Shown here piece by piece: positions 13,339 to 23,119 of a DNA stretch of 64,000 nucleotides. The first letter of the stretch is position 1; each line of letters opens with the position of its first letter. Both the position numbers and the translations under genes were made by a program. Below the pieces are notes generated by a model. That model did not search any database and was not told where the DNA came from. It saw nothing but the letters and a program-made list of their open reading frames with translations. This DNA is from Candidatus Undivivens industriae. GTDB lineage: Bacteria > Omnitrophota > Gorgyraeia > Gygaellales > Profunditerraquicolaceae. The stretch lies in the NCBI GenBank assembly GCA_012514745.1, contig JAAYZR010000031.1:1371-65370 (forward strand), given 5' to 3'.

Positions 13339-13371
13339 TTATTCGGGCGGCCGGTTTTAATGGCCGCGGGG

Positions 13372-13407
13372 TTAAGGGGACAGCCACGTCTGTGGCTGTC
13401 CCCTTAA
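13372..13407. repeat. Perfect 16-bp palindrome of the GGGGACA family (may also terminate aqpZ)
   Basis: ttaaggggacagccac-gtct-gtggctgtccccttaa. Confidence 0.75.
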
Positions 13408-13568
13408 GCTTCTCGCCGGACAGGGATCTTTTTGTTTGTTCTCCGCGGTCTTTTTATTCTGCCGGTTGCATTCACCTCATATCACAACTCGATACTCCGT
13501 ATTTTGAGCTCCGGTTCTTATAATTCTCCTTGTTTCATATGCTTTAACGCCATATAATTGAAGAAGAT

Positions 13569-13620
13569 GGGCACAATAATGCGGAGCGGCTTCCGAGATA
13601 AGTATTGTGTCCCCGGAATA
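13569..13620. repeat. GGGGACAC-end mini element
   Basis: taagtattgtgtccccggaata is nearly the reverse complement of the end at 24509; degenerate partner gggcacaata at 13569. Confidence 0.6.
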
Positions 13621-13636
13621 GAGAGGGAACGAAATA

Positions 13637-14944
13637 ATGACAAGGAAGATAATTGATTTTATCCAGAGGGACATCTGGCGGATGCGTCTGAACGATATGC
13701 CGCGTAAAAGGTCTTTTCTTATCCGTAATCTTAGGATCGTCCTGCTGGCCCTGCGCGGTTTCAACGAAGATAAGTGTTCTTTGCGCGCCTCGGCATTGAC
13801 GTTCTTCAGCCTGCTTTCGATAGTGCCGGTATTCGCCATGGCCTTCGGTATCGCGAAAGGTTTCGGCCTGGAGAAGGTAATGGAGAAACAACTATTGGCC
13901 AAGTTCCCGGTGCAGAATGAAGTCATGACGAACATCATCGCGTTCTCGCATACGCTCCTGGAGAATACCAAAGGGGGCCTTGTCGCCGGAGTCGGCGTCG
14001 CGCTTCTATTCTGGACGGTAATCAAAGTGCTGGGCAATATCGAAAGTTCCTTCAACGATATCTGGGGGATAAAGCGCATGCGCAGTATCAGCCGCAGGTT
14101 TACCGACTATCTTTCGGTGATGTTGATCTGCCCGATCCTGCTTATCGCCAGCGGCAGCGCGACTATCTTCATTACAGCGCAGGCAAAGATGATCACCGAA
14201 AAGGTCGCTCTTTTGGGCGCGGTCGGCCCGTTGATAGGGTTGCTGCCTTATGTAATGATCTGGTTCTTGTTTATCTTCATTTATATTTTTATACCCAACA
14301 CCAAAGTCAACGTTTCTTCCGCCGTCCTCGGAGGCATAACCGCCGGTACGCTCTACCAGGTATCCCAGTGGATATACCTGCGTTTCCAGGTGGGGGTGAT
14401 GCAGTACAACGCCATTTACGGCAGTTTTGCCGCTTTGCCTTTATTTTTAGTATGGTTGCAGTTAAGCTGGCGGATTGTGCTTTTAGGGGCGGAGATCTCT
14501 TTCGCGCACCAGAACGTGGATACTTATGAATTCGAGCCGGATTGTTTGAACGCCAGCCATGCCTTCAAGAGGGTGTTGAGCTTAAGGCTGGTGAACCTCG
14601 TGGCAAAGAATTTCGCCGGAGCAAACAAACCTTTTACCGCGCAGAATATATCGCACGAACTGGGCGTGCCTATACGTTTAGTGCGGGACATGATCTTTGA
14701 ATTGAACGAAGTGGGGATCCTTTCCGCGGTCAGGGATGATGAACAACGCGTCCCGGCCTACCAGCCGGCTGTAGATACCGGCCTGCTTACCATCAAATAC
14801 GTCACGGATAAGCTGGATAACCGCGGGGGCGGCGCGCTGCCGGTCACAAAGACAAAAGAGCTGGAGAAAATCAGGGAGAGTTTACGTAGTTTTGAAAAGT
14901 TGATCGAGGGCTCTCCGGCAAACCTTCTTTTGAAAGAGGTATAG
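13637..14944 (+). CDS. YihY/BrkB family membrane protein with C-terminal Rrf2-like HTH
   Basis: ASALTFFSLLSIVP, FNDIWG, YNAIYGSFAALPLFLVWL motifs; C-terminal ISHELGVPIRLV. Confidence 0.9.
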   Translation: MTRKIIDFIQRDIWRMRLNDMPRKRSFLIRNLRIVLLALRGFNEDKCSLRASALTFFSLLSIVPVFAMAFGIAKGFGLEKVMEKQLLAKFPVQNEVMTNIIAFSHTLLENTKGGLVAGVGVALLFWTVIKVLGNIESSFNDIWGIKRMRSISRRFTDYLSVMLICPILLIASGSATIFITAQAKMITEKVALLGAVGPLIGLLPYVMIWFLFIFIYIFIPNTKVNVSSAVLGGITAGTLYQVSQWIYLRFQVGVMQYNAIYGSFAALPLFLVWLQLSWRIVLLGAEISFAHQNVDTYEFEPDCLNASHAFKRVLSLRLVNLVAKNFAGANKPFTAQNISHELGVPIRLVRDMIFELNEVGILSAVRDDEQRVPAYQPAVDTGLLTIKYVTDKLDNRGGGALPVTKTKELEKIRESLRSFEKLIEGSPANLLLKEV

Positions 14945-14985
14945 CGAAAAAGAGAGGGTTTATCCGCACAGTGGGGGGGGACATA

Positions 14986-16647
14986 ATGAAAATACCGTTT
15001 GCAAGGATAGGACGCATAGCGCTTAGGATCCTTATCGGTATCCTGCTTTTTTTCTTCTTTGTCATCTACATAGTTATTCCGCTGGGAGCTCCGTGGCTTA
15101 TCCGAAGCCGGGGTTTAAAGATCCTGTCTCATCCGGTCAAGGTGCGTTCGGTCTGGGTGAATCCTTTCTTGCTGCGGTTAAGCGTGGACAAGTTCGAGAT
15201 CCTGACCCCGGACAAAAGAGGCACCCTGACAGGTTTCGACAAATTCTGGGTTGACTTTAGCTTCCTGGGATTATGCAAAAGAGAGTACCGGATTGAGTCT
15301 ATCGGTTTGGCCGGGTTGCTCGTCAATGTCGAGCTATTGCCGGGCAACAAGATAAATCTGATGGATCTGCTGCCGGCCTCCGGCGATGCCGCGGCGGCAG
15401 AGGAGAAACCGGCTATAAGCAAGCAGGAAGGACAGGCTTCGCGGGAAAAAGCAATTTCAGCGCCCGCATTGCCGAATATCAGGATCGACAGTATCGAACT
15501 GACCGGCGGCACTGTGACTTTTACCGACCGGACCTTAACCCCGCAATTCAGCAGCACGCTTAACGATCTAACGCTTACCATAAGCGGTATTTCAAGCAAA
15601 CCGGAGGATACCGCGACCGCGGTATTTTCCGTCAAGATAGACGATAAAGGAGTGATCAACGCCGAAGCCGAATTCAAACCTTTTGTGCAGCCCATAGAAT
15701 TGAATTCGACCTTTTCGATGGATGGATATCATCTTGCCGTATTGACGCCCTATGCGGGGAAATACGCCGGTCATGGCGTAAAAAGCGGCAGAATGGGCCT
15801 GAAGATGGATTACAAGATATCGGATAACAAACTTAACGCCCGGCATAAACTGCTCATTCAGAACTTCGATTTCGGGGAGAAGGTGGAGAGTAAAGACGCG
15901 TTGAACCTGCCCTTTGGCTTGGCAATAGCTCTTCTTGAGGACCCGCAAGGCCGCATTTCGATCTCTCTCCCGGTTAAAGGCGATATGAGCGATCCTCAAT
16001 TCGAATACTGGCATCTTGTCGGGCAAGTCGTGACGAATTTCTTTATGAAGCTGGTAACTTCGCCGTTCTTGTCGCTCTTGTCCATGACGGGTGTTGAGAG
16101 CGGGGTCGAGGAGATGAGCTCGGTCTCTTTTGAGCCCGGCAAGGCGGAGTTGACCGATAAAACCAAAGAGAAACTCACTCTCCTGCTGCAGGTGATAAAA
16201 GAGCGGCCTAAACTTTTCCTGGAGATCAACGGCAGTTATGATCCCAAAACGGACTGGACCGCCATCAAGACCGAGGCTTACACAACCGAGTTCTCCGGCA
16301 GGCAGAAGGAAAGCAGCCGCAGCGATTGGGAGATCATTAAAGATATATATGTTCTACATTTCGGGATCCTGGATTTCTGGAAACTGGCTAAGAAGTTCAC
16401 TGCCGGCAAACAGATCGATGAGCTTGCGATGCAGCAGGAGATGAAACGTCTGATCATAGAGCGGGGAAAAGAGGACAATGCCGCGCTTGCACTATTGGCT
16501 GATCAGCGGGCCCGGGCAGTCTATGATTTTATCATCTCCGGAGGATTCGATTCAAGCCGGGTTAAGGCCGGAGCCGTGCGACGGACACAGGAAACTATGG
16601 GCCGGATACCCCTTGAATTTACCATAACGGTGTTTGAGGCACGGTAA
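14986..16647 (+). CDS. DUF748 domain protein with OmpA-like C-terminal region
   Basis: PYAGKYAG, LAIALLED..GRISISLPVKG..DPQF, FEPGKAEL and LADQRARAV motifs. Confidence 0.85.
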   Translation: MKIPFARIGRIALRILIGILLFFFFVIYIVIPLGAPWLIRSRGLKILSHPVKVRSVWVNPFLLRLSVDKFEILTPDKRGTLTGFDKFWVDFSFLGLCKREYRIESIGLAGLLVNVELLPGNKINLMDLLPASGDAAAAEEKPAISKQEGQASREKAISAPALPNIRIDSIELTGGTVTFTDRTLTPQFSSTLNDLTLTISGISSKPEDTATAVFSVKIDDKGVINAEAEFKPFVQPIELNSTFSMDGYHLAVLTPYAGKYAGHGVKSGRMGLKMDYKISDNKLNARHKLLIQNFDFGEKVESKDALNLPFGLAIALLEDPQGRISISLPVKGDMSDPQFEYWHLVGQVVTNFFMKLVTSPFLSLLSMTGVESGVEEMSSVSFEPGKAELTDKTKEKLTLLLQVIKERPKLFLEINGSYDPKTDWTAIKTEAYTTEFSGRQKESSRSDWEIIKDIYVLHFGILDFWKLAKKFTAGKQIDELAMQQEMKRLIIERGKEDNAALALLADQRARAVYDFIISGGFDSSRVKAGAVRRTQETMGRIPLEFTITVFEAR

Positions 16648-16910
16648 GCAATCAATGCACCATATAACATAACTGTTCCGGCCTTTGCTATTGTAGCTTG
16701 CGTTTTCTTCTTCGGTAGTCGTTACTATCTCAAGACCAGTTGGTGGTAACAACCGACTTTTTTATAACTATCAGTAACAAAAGCATTTACAAGGGCTCGA
16801 GCCGGGCGCCCCTAATTTCGGAAAATCCGCCTTGCGCAAGATGGCGGGAGGGCGGAAGCGAAGCGCGGGCAGAGATATGATAATCAGGTAAGCATCAGGG
16901 CGGGAATACA

Positions 16911-17276
16911 ATGACGAAAAAAAAGATTCTTGTTGTTGATGACGAGATCGAAGCTTTGATGATAGTTAAACGCGTGCTTGAAGCCAACGGTTACGAGGTC
17001 ACTACGGCATTAGACGGAGAAGAGGCGTTGGAGAAAATCAAAAGCGCGGCCCCGGACGCGGTTATTCTGGATATTATGCTTCCCAGGTTAAACGGGGAGG
17101 AGGTTTGTAAAAGTATCCGCGGCGACCCCGCTCTCTGTAAACTGCCGGTTATCATGTTGACCGGCAAGACCACCGATACAGACCGTATCGTCGGCAGGGT
17201 GATCGGAGCGGATGTCTATATAAGCAAACCTTTCAATCTTGAGGATCTGATCAGCGCGGTGCGCGAGATCGCCTAA
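16911..17276 (+). CDS. Single-domain response regulator
   Basis: LVVDDE, ILDIMLP, MLT and KPF receiver motifs. Confidence 0.93.
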   Translation: MTKKKILVVDDEIEALMIVKRVLEANGYEVTTALDGEEALEKIKSAAPDAVILDIMLPRLNGEEVCKSIRGDPALCKLPVIMLTGKTTDTDRIVGRVIGADVYISKPFNLEDLISAVREIA

Positions 17277-17278
17277 TA

Positions 17279-17689
17279 CTATTTTATCGGCGGGGAGATA
17301 GAGAATATCTTTCTTACCAATTCGATTATCTCGGAAGGCGTTATAGGCTTCGCCAATACGTATTGATTGTGTTCCGACATATTATTATTGTTAAGCTCGT
17401 CTTTTTTGCTCAATATAGCGCCGCTTACAATTAGAAAAGGGATGTCTTTTGTGACGGGGATTTCCCGCAGGGCGGAGGCGACTTCGCTTCCTCCCACTTC
17501 CGGCATTATCATATCCAAGATGACAAGGTCCGGCAGATGTTCCTGGGCCAGCGCAATTGCGTCAATGCCGTTATTGGCATAGACCACGTCATAATCTTCC
17601 CGCAGCAGTATTTGTCCGAGATAACCAAGCGATTCTACTTCATCGTCAACAATGAGTATCTTTCTTTTTGTTCTCGGTGTGGGATTGAT
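17279..17689 (-). CDS. Single-domain response regulator, probable non-canonical ATC start
   Basis: The frame extends past the ORF-track GTG to KILIVDDEVE; no ATG/GTG/TTG before the upstream stop; GGAGG lies 5 nt before ATC 17689. Confidence 0.8.
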   Translation of the reverse strand: MNPTPRTKRKILIVDDEVESLGYLGQILLREDYDVVYANNGIDAIALAQEHLPDLVILDMIMPEVGGSEVASALREIPVTKDIPFLIVSGAILSKKDELNNNNMSEHNQYVLAKPITPSEIIELVRKIFSISPPIK

Positions 17690-17737
17690 TTTGGCCTCCG
17701 TTTGTTGGTGAAACGGTTATATTCAGCCCGGGGAGCT

Positions 17738-18121
17738 TCAATTCATAGCCTGCCGCTGCTCCGGGATATGTTTGCTGATTATCCCGCGTATTTTCTCCAG
17801 ATCTATGGGTTTTATGAGATAGTCTCTGACGCCCAGCGCCCGCGCTTCATTCTTTAGCGAATCATCTTCTCTGCCGCTGATCATTATCGCTTTGATGCCG
17901 GCGTCTATCTGCTGCATTTTTTTTAAAAGTTCGAGGCCGTCCATATCCGACATCGTGAAATCCAGAAAAACCCATTCCGGCCTGCAACGGTTGAACAGGA
18001 TGAGGGCCTCTTGTCCGCAGTTGGCCTGTTCCACGGTTAAACCGAGCCGCTTGAGAAAACTGCTGAATAACTCGGTTGTTTCGACTTCGTCATCCACTAT
18101 CAGGACGTTCATTTGTTGCAC
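17738..18121 (-). CDS. Single-domain response regulator
   Basis: LIVDDE, FLDFTM, MISG and KPI motifs. Confidence 0.92.
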   Translation of the reverse strand: MQQMNVLIVDDEVETTELFSSFLKRLGLTVEQANCGQEALILFNRCRPEWVFLDFTMSDMDGLELLKKMQQIDAGIKAIMISGREDDSLKNEARALGVRDYLIKPIDLEKIRGIISKHIPEQRQAMN

Positions 18122-20281
18122 CTATCGGACATCCGGCCGCGGTAATTCTATGGTGAAGGAAGTCCCTCGCATGTAGGAAGAATCGAACCGGATACTGCCT
18201 TTGTGGATCTCTTCTATGATCCTTTTTACTACATATACCCCGATCCCGGAACCCGATTTGTATGAGGTTTTGGTGGTAAAGAAAGGGGCGAATACCTTGT
18301 GAGTGTCCTCTTCCTTTATCCCGATGCCGTTATCGGACACCTTTATTATATGCAGTTCCCGCGTATGTGTCAAAGCAACTTTTATCTCCGGCACGAATGT
18401 CCCGGATTCTCTCACTGTACCGTGCGCTTTCTTTTCCTGGATCGCCTCGTAGGCGTTGTCAAGCAGGTTATAGATAACCTCGGTCAATTGCGCCTTGAAC
18501 GCGTAGATGTTCTCATATCCTTCTATCGTTATAGTGATGGGCAGGGACGCAGCCTCATGCTTAAGCATTAAAAGGCGGGAGGCGAGCTCAACGATCTCCC
18601 TAAAAGAGAAACTGCAGAACAGGTTCTCCTTATTCTCCACTTTGGCAAAATCGAGTATTCCCTTGATGATGCCGTCGGTTCTCTTAACGTTGTCTATAAT
18701 GGAAGAGGATATCCCGTCCAGATACTTGAATGTCTCATGCAATTCCGGGCTGTTGTTCAGCAGGCCGGTATGTTTTGTCGCGAAGTCCTTTATCTCGAGT
18801 TTTAATTCTCCGGCCGCCAGTGAGAACAGGTTGAGCCTGTTCTTTATCTGATGGGCGATCCCGTCGGCCATACCGCCTATGGATGCGAGTTTCTCGGCGG
18901 AGAACATCCTCTGCTGCATCTCTTTTGATTCCTCGAAGAATATGCAGTTTTCCACAGCCAGGGCTGCCTGGCGGGAAAGTATTCTAAAGACGTTGATATC
19001 CTCATCGCTATACGGCTGGTTGTTCATTTTTTCCCCCAGGAAAACAAATCCGATGAGTTCATTCCCGATTGATATCGGGATAATGGCTTTTGCCCGGGAA
19101 ATTATATCGGCGGAAGTAATTATTTCCTTAGGTGTCTCTTCGGGGAAAGAGCTTTCCATTTTTTTCTTAAGATAGGTGACGAACGGGGCATCGGAGCGGA
19201 AGCTTACTACGCATTTACCCGCATCCGATTCTCCGCGTATGGCTTTCAGGTCGTATGAACCGCTTTTCTTGTCTTTGATGAAGATAGCGGCGAAGCTTAT
19301 CCTTATCGTTCGCTTCAGGATGTAAACGATCAGTTTCGACAGCTTCTTCAGATTGTGTTCTGTGACCATGCCGATCGCCGTCTGCAGGAGTATTTTCTGA
19401 TAACGGTGCTGCTGGGCAAGAATCACCGATTCCGCTTTGACCTGCAGGAAACGGTATATCAGCGGCCCGATTGTGGCAAAAACTACGGCGAAGCTGGTCG
19501 AAAGCAGTCCGGAGCCGGTATATTTAAGCATGATGAACGGGATACCTAAAACAACGGCATAGACCGCCAGAAAAATACCGGCGCGGGTAAAAACTATTCT
19601 TATATCCATAAGCCGGTATCTAAGAATAGCGTAGGCCATAATCGCCGGATAAAGAGGGACGGCGAAGTTAAAATATGGGTATATATCTAATCCATAGCAC
19701 ATCGAGAAGCTTAATCCTCCACCTAAAAAAGCCAGCGCTATGGCAAGGAAGAAATACCGGATTTGATTTTTTCTCAATCCTACTGATGTTCTGAAAGCCT
19801 TATATAGTTCATAGTGGCTGTAAATAATGATTGAGAACCAGCAGAAAACGAAGAGATTCAACAGCATGGTGGGCTTGAGCACATAGAAAGAGAAAAAAAC
19901 CGGTTTTAGATTATTGACGCTTATAAATAAATCCCAGTGGGGGAGCCATTGTATGACAGAAAAGATAAATCCCCACAGATAGAATAATACCAGAAATATT
20001 TTCTTCTTGAGCTCAAGCCAGGCGTGGACAAAATGGTAAAAAAGAACCGGAATAAAGGTTATTCCCGGATAAGTTATGCGCCACCACATAACCGCAGATT
20101 TTTCTTCACCGAGCGGGATCATGCCAATCTTAAAAGCGGCCAGCCCCCACAGGGCGACAGCCGTGGAAAAGATCACCCAAAGCCGGTTAACTTTATTCCC
20201 CGGGTTCCTGAAGAAAACGAAAAAACCGAAGAATAAGCTGGATATTATTACCAACAGACCGGAAAAAGAGAATGCGTTCAT
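18122..20281 (-). CDS. Sensor histidine kinase: N-terminal 7TM (HisKA_7TM-like) region, GAF, HisKA, HATPase
   Basis: Multi-TM N-terminus ending AYAILRYRLMDI; GAF LGEKMNNQPYSDED; H-box AHQIKN; NLLDNA, DNGIG, FFTTK and GSGIG boxes. Confidence 0.92.
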   Translation of the reverse strand: MNAFSFSGLLVIISSLFFGFFVFFRNPGNKVNRLWVIFSTAVALWGLAAFKIGMIPLGEEKSAVMWWRITYPGITFIPVLFYHFVHAWLELKKKIFLVLFYLWGFIFSVIQWLPHWDLFISVNNLKPVFFSFYVLKPTMLLNLFVFCWFSIIIYSHYELYKAFRTSVGLRKNQIRYFFLAIALAFLGGGLSFSMCYGLDIYPYFNFAVPLYPAIMAYAILRYRLMDIRIVFTRAGIFLAVYAVVLGIPFIMLKYTGSGLLSTSFAVVFATIGPLIYRFLQVKAESVILAQQHRYQKILLQTAIGMVTEHNLKKLSKLIVYILKRTIRISFAAIFIKDKKSGSYDLKAIRGESDAGKCVVSFRSDAPFVTYLKKKMESSFPEETPKEIITSADIISRAKAIIPISIGNELIGFVFLGEKMNNQPYSDEDINVFRILSRQAALAVENCIFFEESKEMQQRMFSAEKLASIGGMADGIAHQIKNRLNLFSLAAGELKLEIKDFATKHTGLLNNSPELHETFKYLDGISSSIIDNVKRTDGIIKGILDFAKVENKENLFCSFSFREIVELASRLLMLKHEAASLPITITIEGYENIYAFKAQLTEVIYNLLDNAYEAIQEKKAHGTVRESGTFVPEIKVALTHTRELHIIKVSDNGIGIKEEDTHKVFAPFFTTKTSYKSGSGIGVYVVKRIIEEIHKGSIRFDSSYMRGTSFTIELPRPDVR

Positions 20282-21570
20282 ATCGTTCTCTGGTTAGCGA
20301 TCAATCTCTTCGAAAGCCATTTGCTTAAGGCAATGATCGTCAGGATCGGAGGCAGCCCCGGAGCAGAAGGGAACACGCTGTTGTCGCAGACGAAAAGGTT
20401 TTTTATCTCCGTTTCGAGGTTTTTATTTACCACTTCTCCTATAGCCGCCGTTCCCCCGGGGTGCGGGCCGCGTATGGGCCGGATCGTAGAAACAGATTTA
20501 TGATTGGCGCCGGCTTTTATCAGTAGTTCTTTTACTATTTTGTTGCCTTCTTTGAATTTGTCTTTATCCTTCGAAGTTATAGGTTTTTCGATCGAACCGT
20601 TGGCATTTACTTTACCAATGGGTTCGTCGGCTATTTTAACCATCATTCCCAGCGCCTTCATTCGGGGGAATTGTCCTAACAAAGGCTTCCAGCCATTATA
20701 TAAGGTAAACTGTACCGGAGGATCTATAAAAGGAAAGGCGATGAATCGTCCTGGTTTTATGATATACATCGGAGCATTGATCCCTTTTGTCTGGTTTGTA
20801 TCACGGCTGATCCCATAGGTAGTTATAAAAGGATCGCAGAACATCTTTTTGCCGGCTTTATCTACGCCTGATCTTTGCAGGATGATCGGGGTATGGATAC
20901 CTCCGGCCGAAAGGATAACGATATCCGCCAGGATTTTTAACGGCCCTTTGGAGTCGACTGCCTCTACGCCGTTGGCCTTGCCGTTGGCCGTCAGGACTTT
21001 CATCGCTCTGGTCCCGGTCATAAGCAAAGCCCCGTTCTTTACCGCCCGGTCGACATAATTCACCGCCGACCACTTAGCGTTATATCTGCATCCCATAACG
21101 CAATATCCGCAAACTTTGCATTTATTAGGGTCGATGAATTTAGGAACACGTTTAGGTTCAAGCCCCAGAGACCGGGCGCTTTCCATTAATTTTATAACAC
21201 CTTCTGAGATGCACTTGTCCGGCAGAGGGGCCGCTTTGAGTTCCTGTTCGGCTTCCAGAAAATCCTTTTCCAAATCTATCCCGAGATCGGAGAGTTCTTT
21301 TTGCTGGCACCTGAGCGCGTTGCCCGAAGCGACGACCGAGGTCCCGCCGACCATGCTGGTCCCGTATAGGATTGTGCCTTCTTTAGACTTGAGGAAAGTA
21401 TGTTTCTCATAAAACCTCAGGCCGTCTCTCATTCTCCCAAGTCTGATCTCCCGTTTTCCTTTCTCAAGAAGCGCTACCTTTTTACCCGCTGCCGAGAGTT
21501 CCTTTGCTAAAGTAGCTCCCGCCGTTCCGGAGCCGACAATCACGATCTCTGTTTCCACAGTTCTTGTCAT
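20278..21570 (-). CDS. GMC family FAD oxidoreductase with a CxxCxxCxxxC motif
   Basis: IVGSGTAGA, VGGTSVV, CKVCGYCVMGC, SAGGIHTP, HPGGT, D.SVFP and PPILTI motifs. Confidence 0.9.
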   Translation of the reverse strand: MTRTVETEIVIVGSGTAGATLAKELSAAGKKVALLEKGKREIRLGRMRDGLRFYEKHTFLKSKEGTILYGTSMVGGTSVVASGNALRCQQKELSDLGIDLEKDFLEAEQELKAAPLPDKCISEGVIKLMESARSLGLEPKRVPKFIDPNKCKVCGYCVMGCRYNAKWSAVNYVDRAVKNGALLMTGTRAMKVLTANGKANGVEAVDSKGPLKILADIVILSAGGIHTPIILQRSGVDKAGKKMFCDPFITTYGISRDTNQTKGINAPMYIIKPGRFIAFPFIDPPVQFTLYNGWKPLLGQFPRMKALGMMVKIADEPIGKVNANGSIEKPITSKDKDKFKEGNKIVKELLIKAGANHKSVSTIRPIRGPHPGGTAAIGEVVNKNLETEIKNLFVCDNSVFPSAPGLPPILTIIALSKWLSKRLIANQRTI

Positions 21571-21626
21571 CGTTTTTATCTCCCGTCAAAATTAAGCGGA
21601 CTCGAAGAAATCCTCTGAACGAACGG

Positions 21627-23051
21627 TCATTCCCTGGTGATGATCAGGCATAGATAGTTACTTCCCCCGGCGAGCTCTTCGAACTTGATTTCCGCCAGGC
21701 CGCGTATTCCTTCCGTCCATGCCAGCATTTGTTCTTTAGTCCGGTGGAGCATATTCCATTCACCCAACAGTTCATAATAGGCCCGGCCGCTATCCTCATC
21801 CGCGCTGATATTGAAAATAACCAGCACGCCTTTGTCATCCAGCAGATGGATGAGCTCTTCGGTAAGCTTTGCGGCTATCCTGTCGCTGAGGTAATCGAAT
21901 ATCCCGAAGGCATATATCAGATTCTGCCCCCGAAGCCTTTCCTTCAGCGCCTTGTCCCGTATGAGTGAAGTAACGTTCCTGCAGATATATTCCATGGACA
22001 ACATCCGCGTTTTCAGCGGGCCTACTCCTTTTATCGTGTACGCGACATGGTCGAGGGCAAGTCTCTCCGGATCCAGGCATTTGAATATCAAGGGCCCGGT
22101 TATCTTGTTTTCTTTCAACAGTTCAGTCAGTTCCCGGGCCGAGCCGGAACCTACGCTTAATACCCTGGCGCCGTTTTTTCTTTTTAAGGCGCGCAGGATG
22201 CTTTCTTTCAGGAAGTTTTTGCGTTTTATGTTGGAGCAGGCGATCGGTATATTGCAGGTGTAATTGTTGATGAGTCTTTCGTATGAGGACCCTCCGAGGT
22301 ATCTTCCGCGGTGATAATCGTAGATGTAATTCATCATAGTGTAATCCCCGGAGTAACCGAGCGGCTTCCGGTACACGTGGCGGTTGGTTTCTATGGGATC
22401 CAGGAGCAGTTCGCCCAGGAGCTGTTGATAATAATCCTGGTGGACCGCGTATCTGTCTTTCCCGAAATCCTTGATGATATCCCAGATGCGGCGAAAATAC
22501 TCGTCGAGCTGCCCGAAGATACCGGGTTTATTCGCTTCGATGAAATCGATCCGCCGGTTTTCCTCATTATCTTCCCGGTCAAAATCGTCGAACATTCTTT
22601 TGATGCCGAGGAGATCCCCGCGGATATTCTCAACCAGCAGCGCGAACTTTTCTTCCAGTGATTTATAATCTTCAATGATCTTCTTCAGAACGCCGAGATA
22701 AACGTCCTCTATCTTCAAAACGCGCAGTCCGGTTTGAAATCCGCGCTCAGCAGGGCAGAGCCTGTTCCAGATAGGAGAGGCTTCCGCCAGGAGATCTCCA
22801 TAGCGCCGCGGGTGGCTGATCAGGATATTGACGGAAGATGAGAGGGGAAGTGGTTTGTCCAGGGACAGGCGGAGGCCTTTTTCGTGCAGGTCGACCGTTT
22901 TTCCTCTGAAACAGTTCGTTTCATCGTCCGCCGGACCGTTTATAGTGACTCTGGCGGGGAGGACGGCTTTGATCCTTGGGAGGTCCCTTTTTTCTTCCGG
23001 GGGGAGATTTGTCCTTTTGTCTTTTCGCGCGCTTTCGTCCGGCCTTATCAT
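21627..23051 (-). CDS. PilZ domain fused to a PhcB-like class I SAM methyltransferase
   Basis: RDLPR (RxxxR) and DLHEKG PilZ motifs; KPLGYSGDY motif; VLSVGSG SAM loop; GIFDYL; start placed at ATG 23051 after aaaggga. Confidence 0.75.
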   Translation of the reverse strand: MIRPDESARKDKRTNLPPEEKRDLPRIKAVLPARVTINGPADDETNCFRGKTVDLHEKGLRLSLDKPLPLSSSVNILISHPRRYGDLLAEASPIWNRLCPAERGFQTGLRVLKIEDVYLGVLKKIIEDYKSLEEKFALLVENIRGDLLGIKRMFDDFDREDNEENRRIDFIEANKPGIFGQLDEYFRRIWDIIKDFGKDRYAVHQDYYQQLLGELLLDPIETNRHVYRKPLGYSGDYTMMNYIYDYHRGRYLGGSSYERLINNYTCNIPIACSNIKRKNFLKESILRALKRKNGARVLSVGSGSARELTELLKENKITGPLIFKCLDPERLALDHVAYTIKGVGPLKTRMLSMEYICRNVTSLIRDKALKERLRGQNLIYAFGIFDYLSDRIAAKLTEELIHLLDDKGVLVIFNISADEDSGRAYYELLGEWNMLHRTKEQMLAWTEGIRGLAEIKFEELAGGSNYLCLIITRE

Positions 23052-23119
23052 CGGTAATTCCCTTTCTTGCGTAAAGGCTTCCGTAGAATGCCTTGAGCTC
23101 AAACAGTTATTTACCGCTT

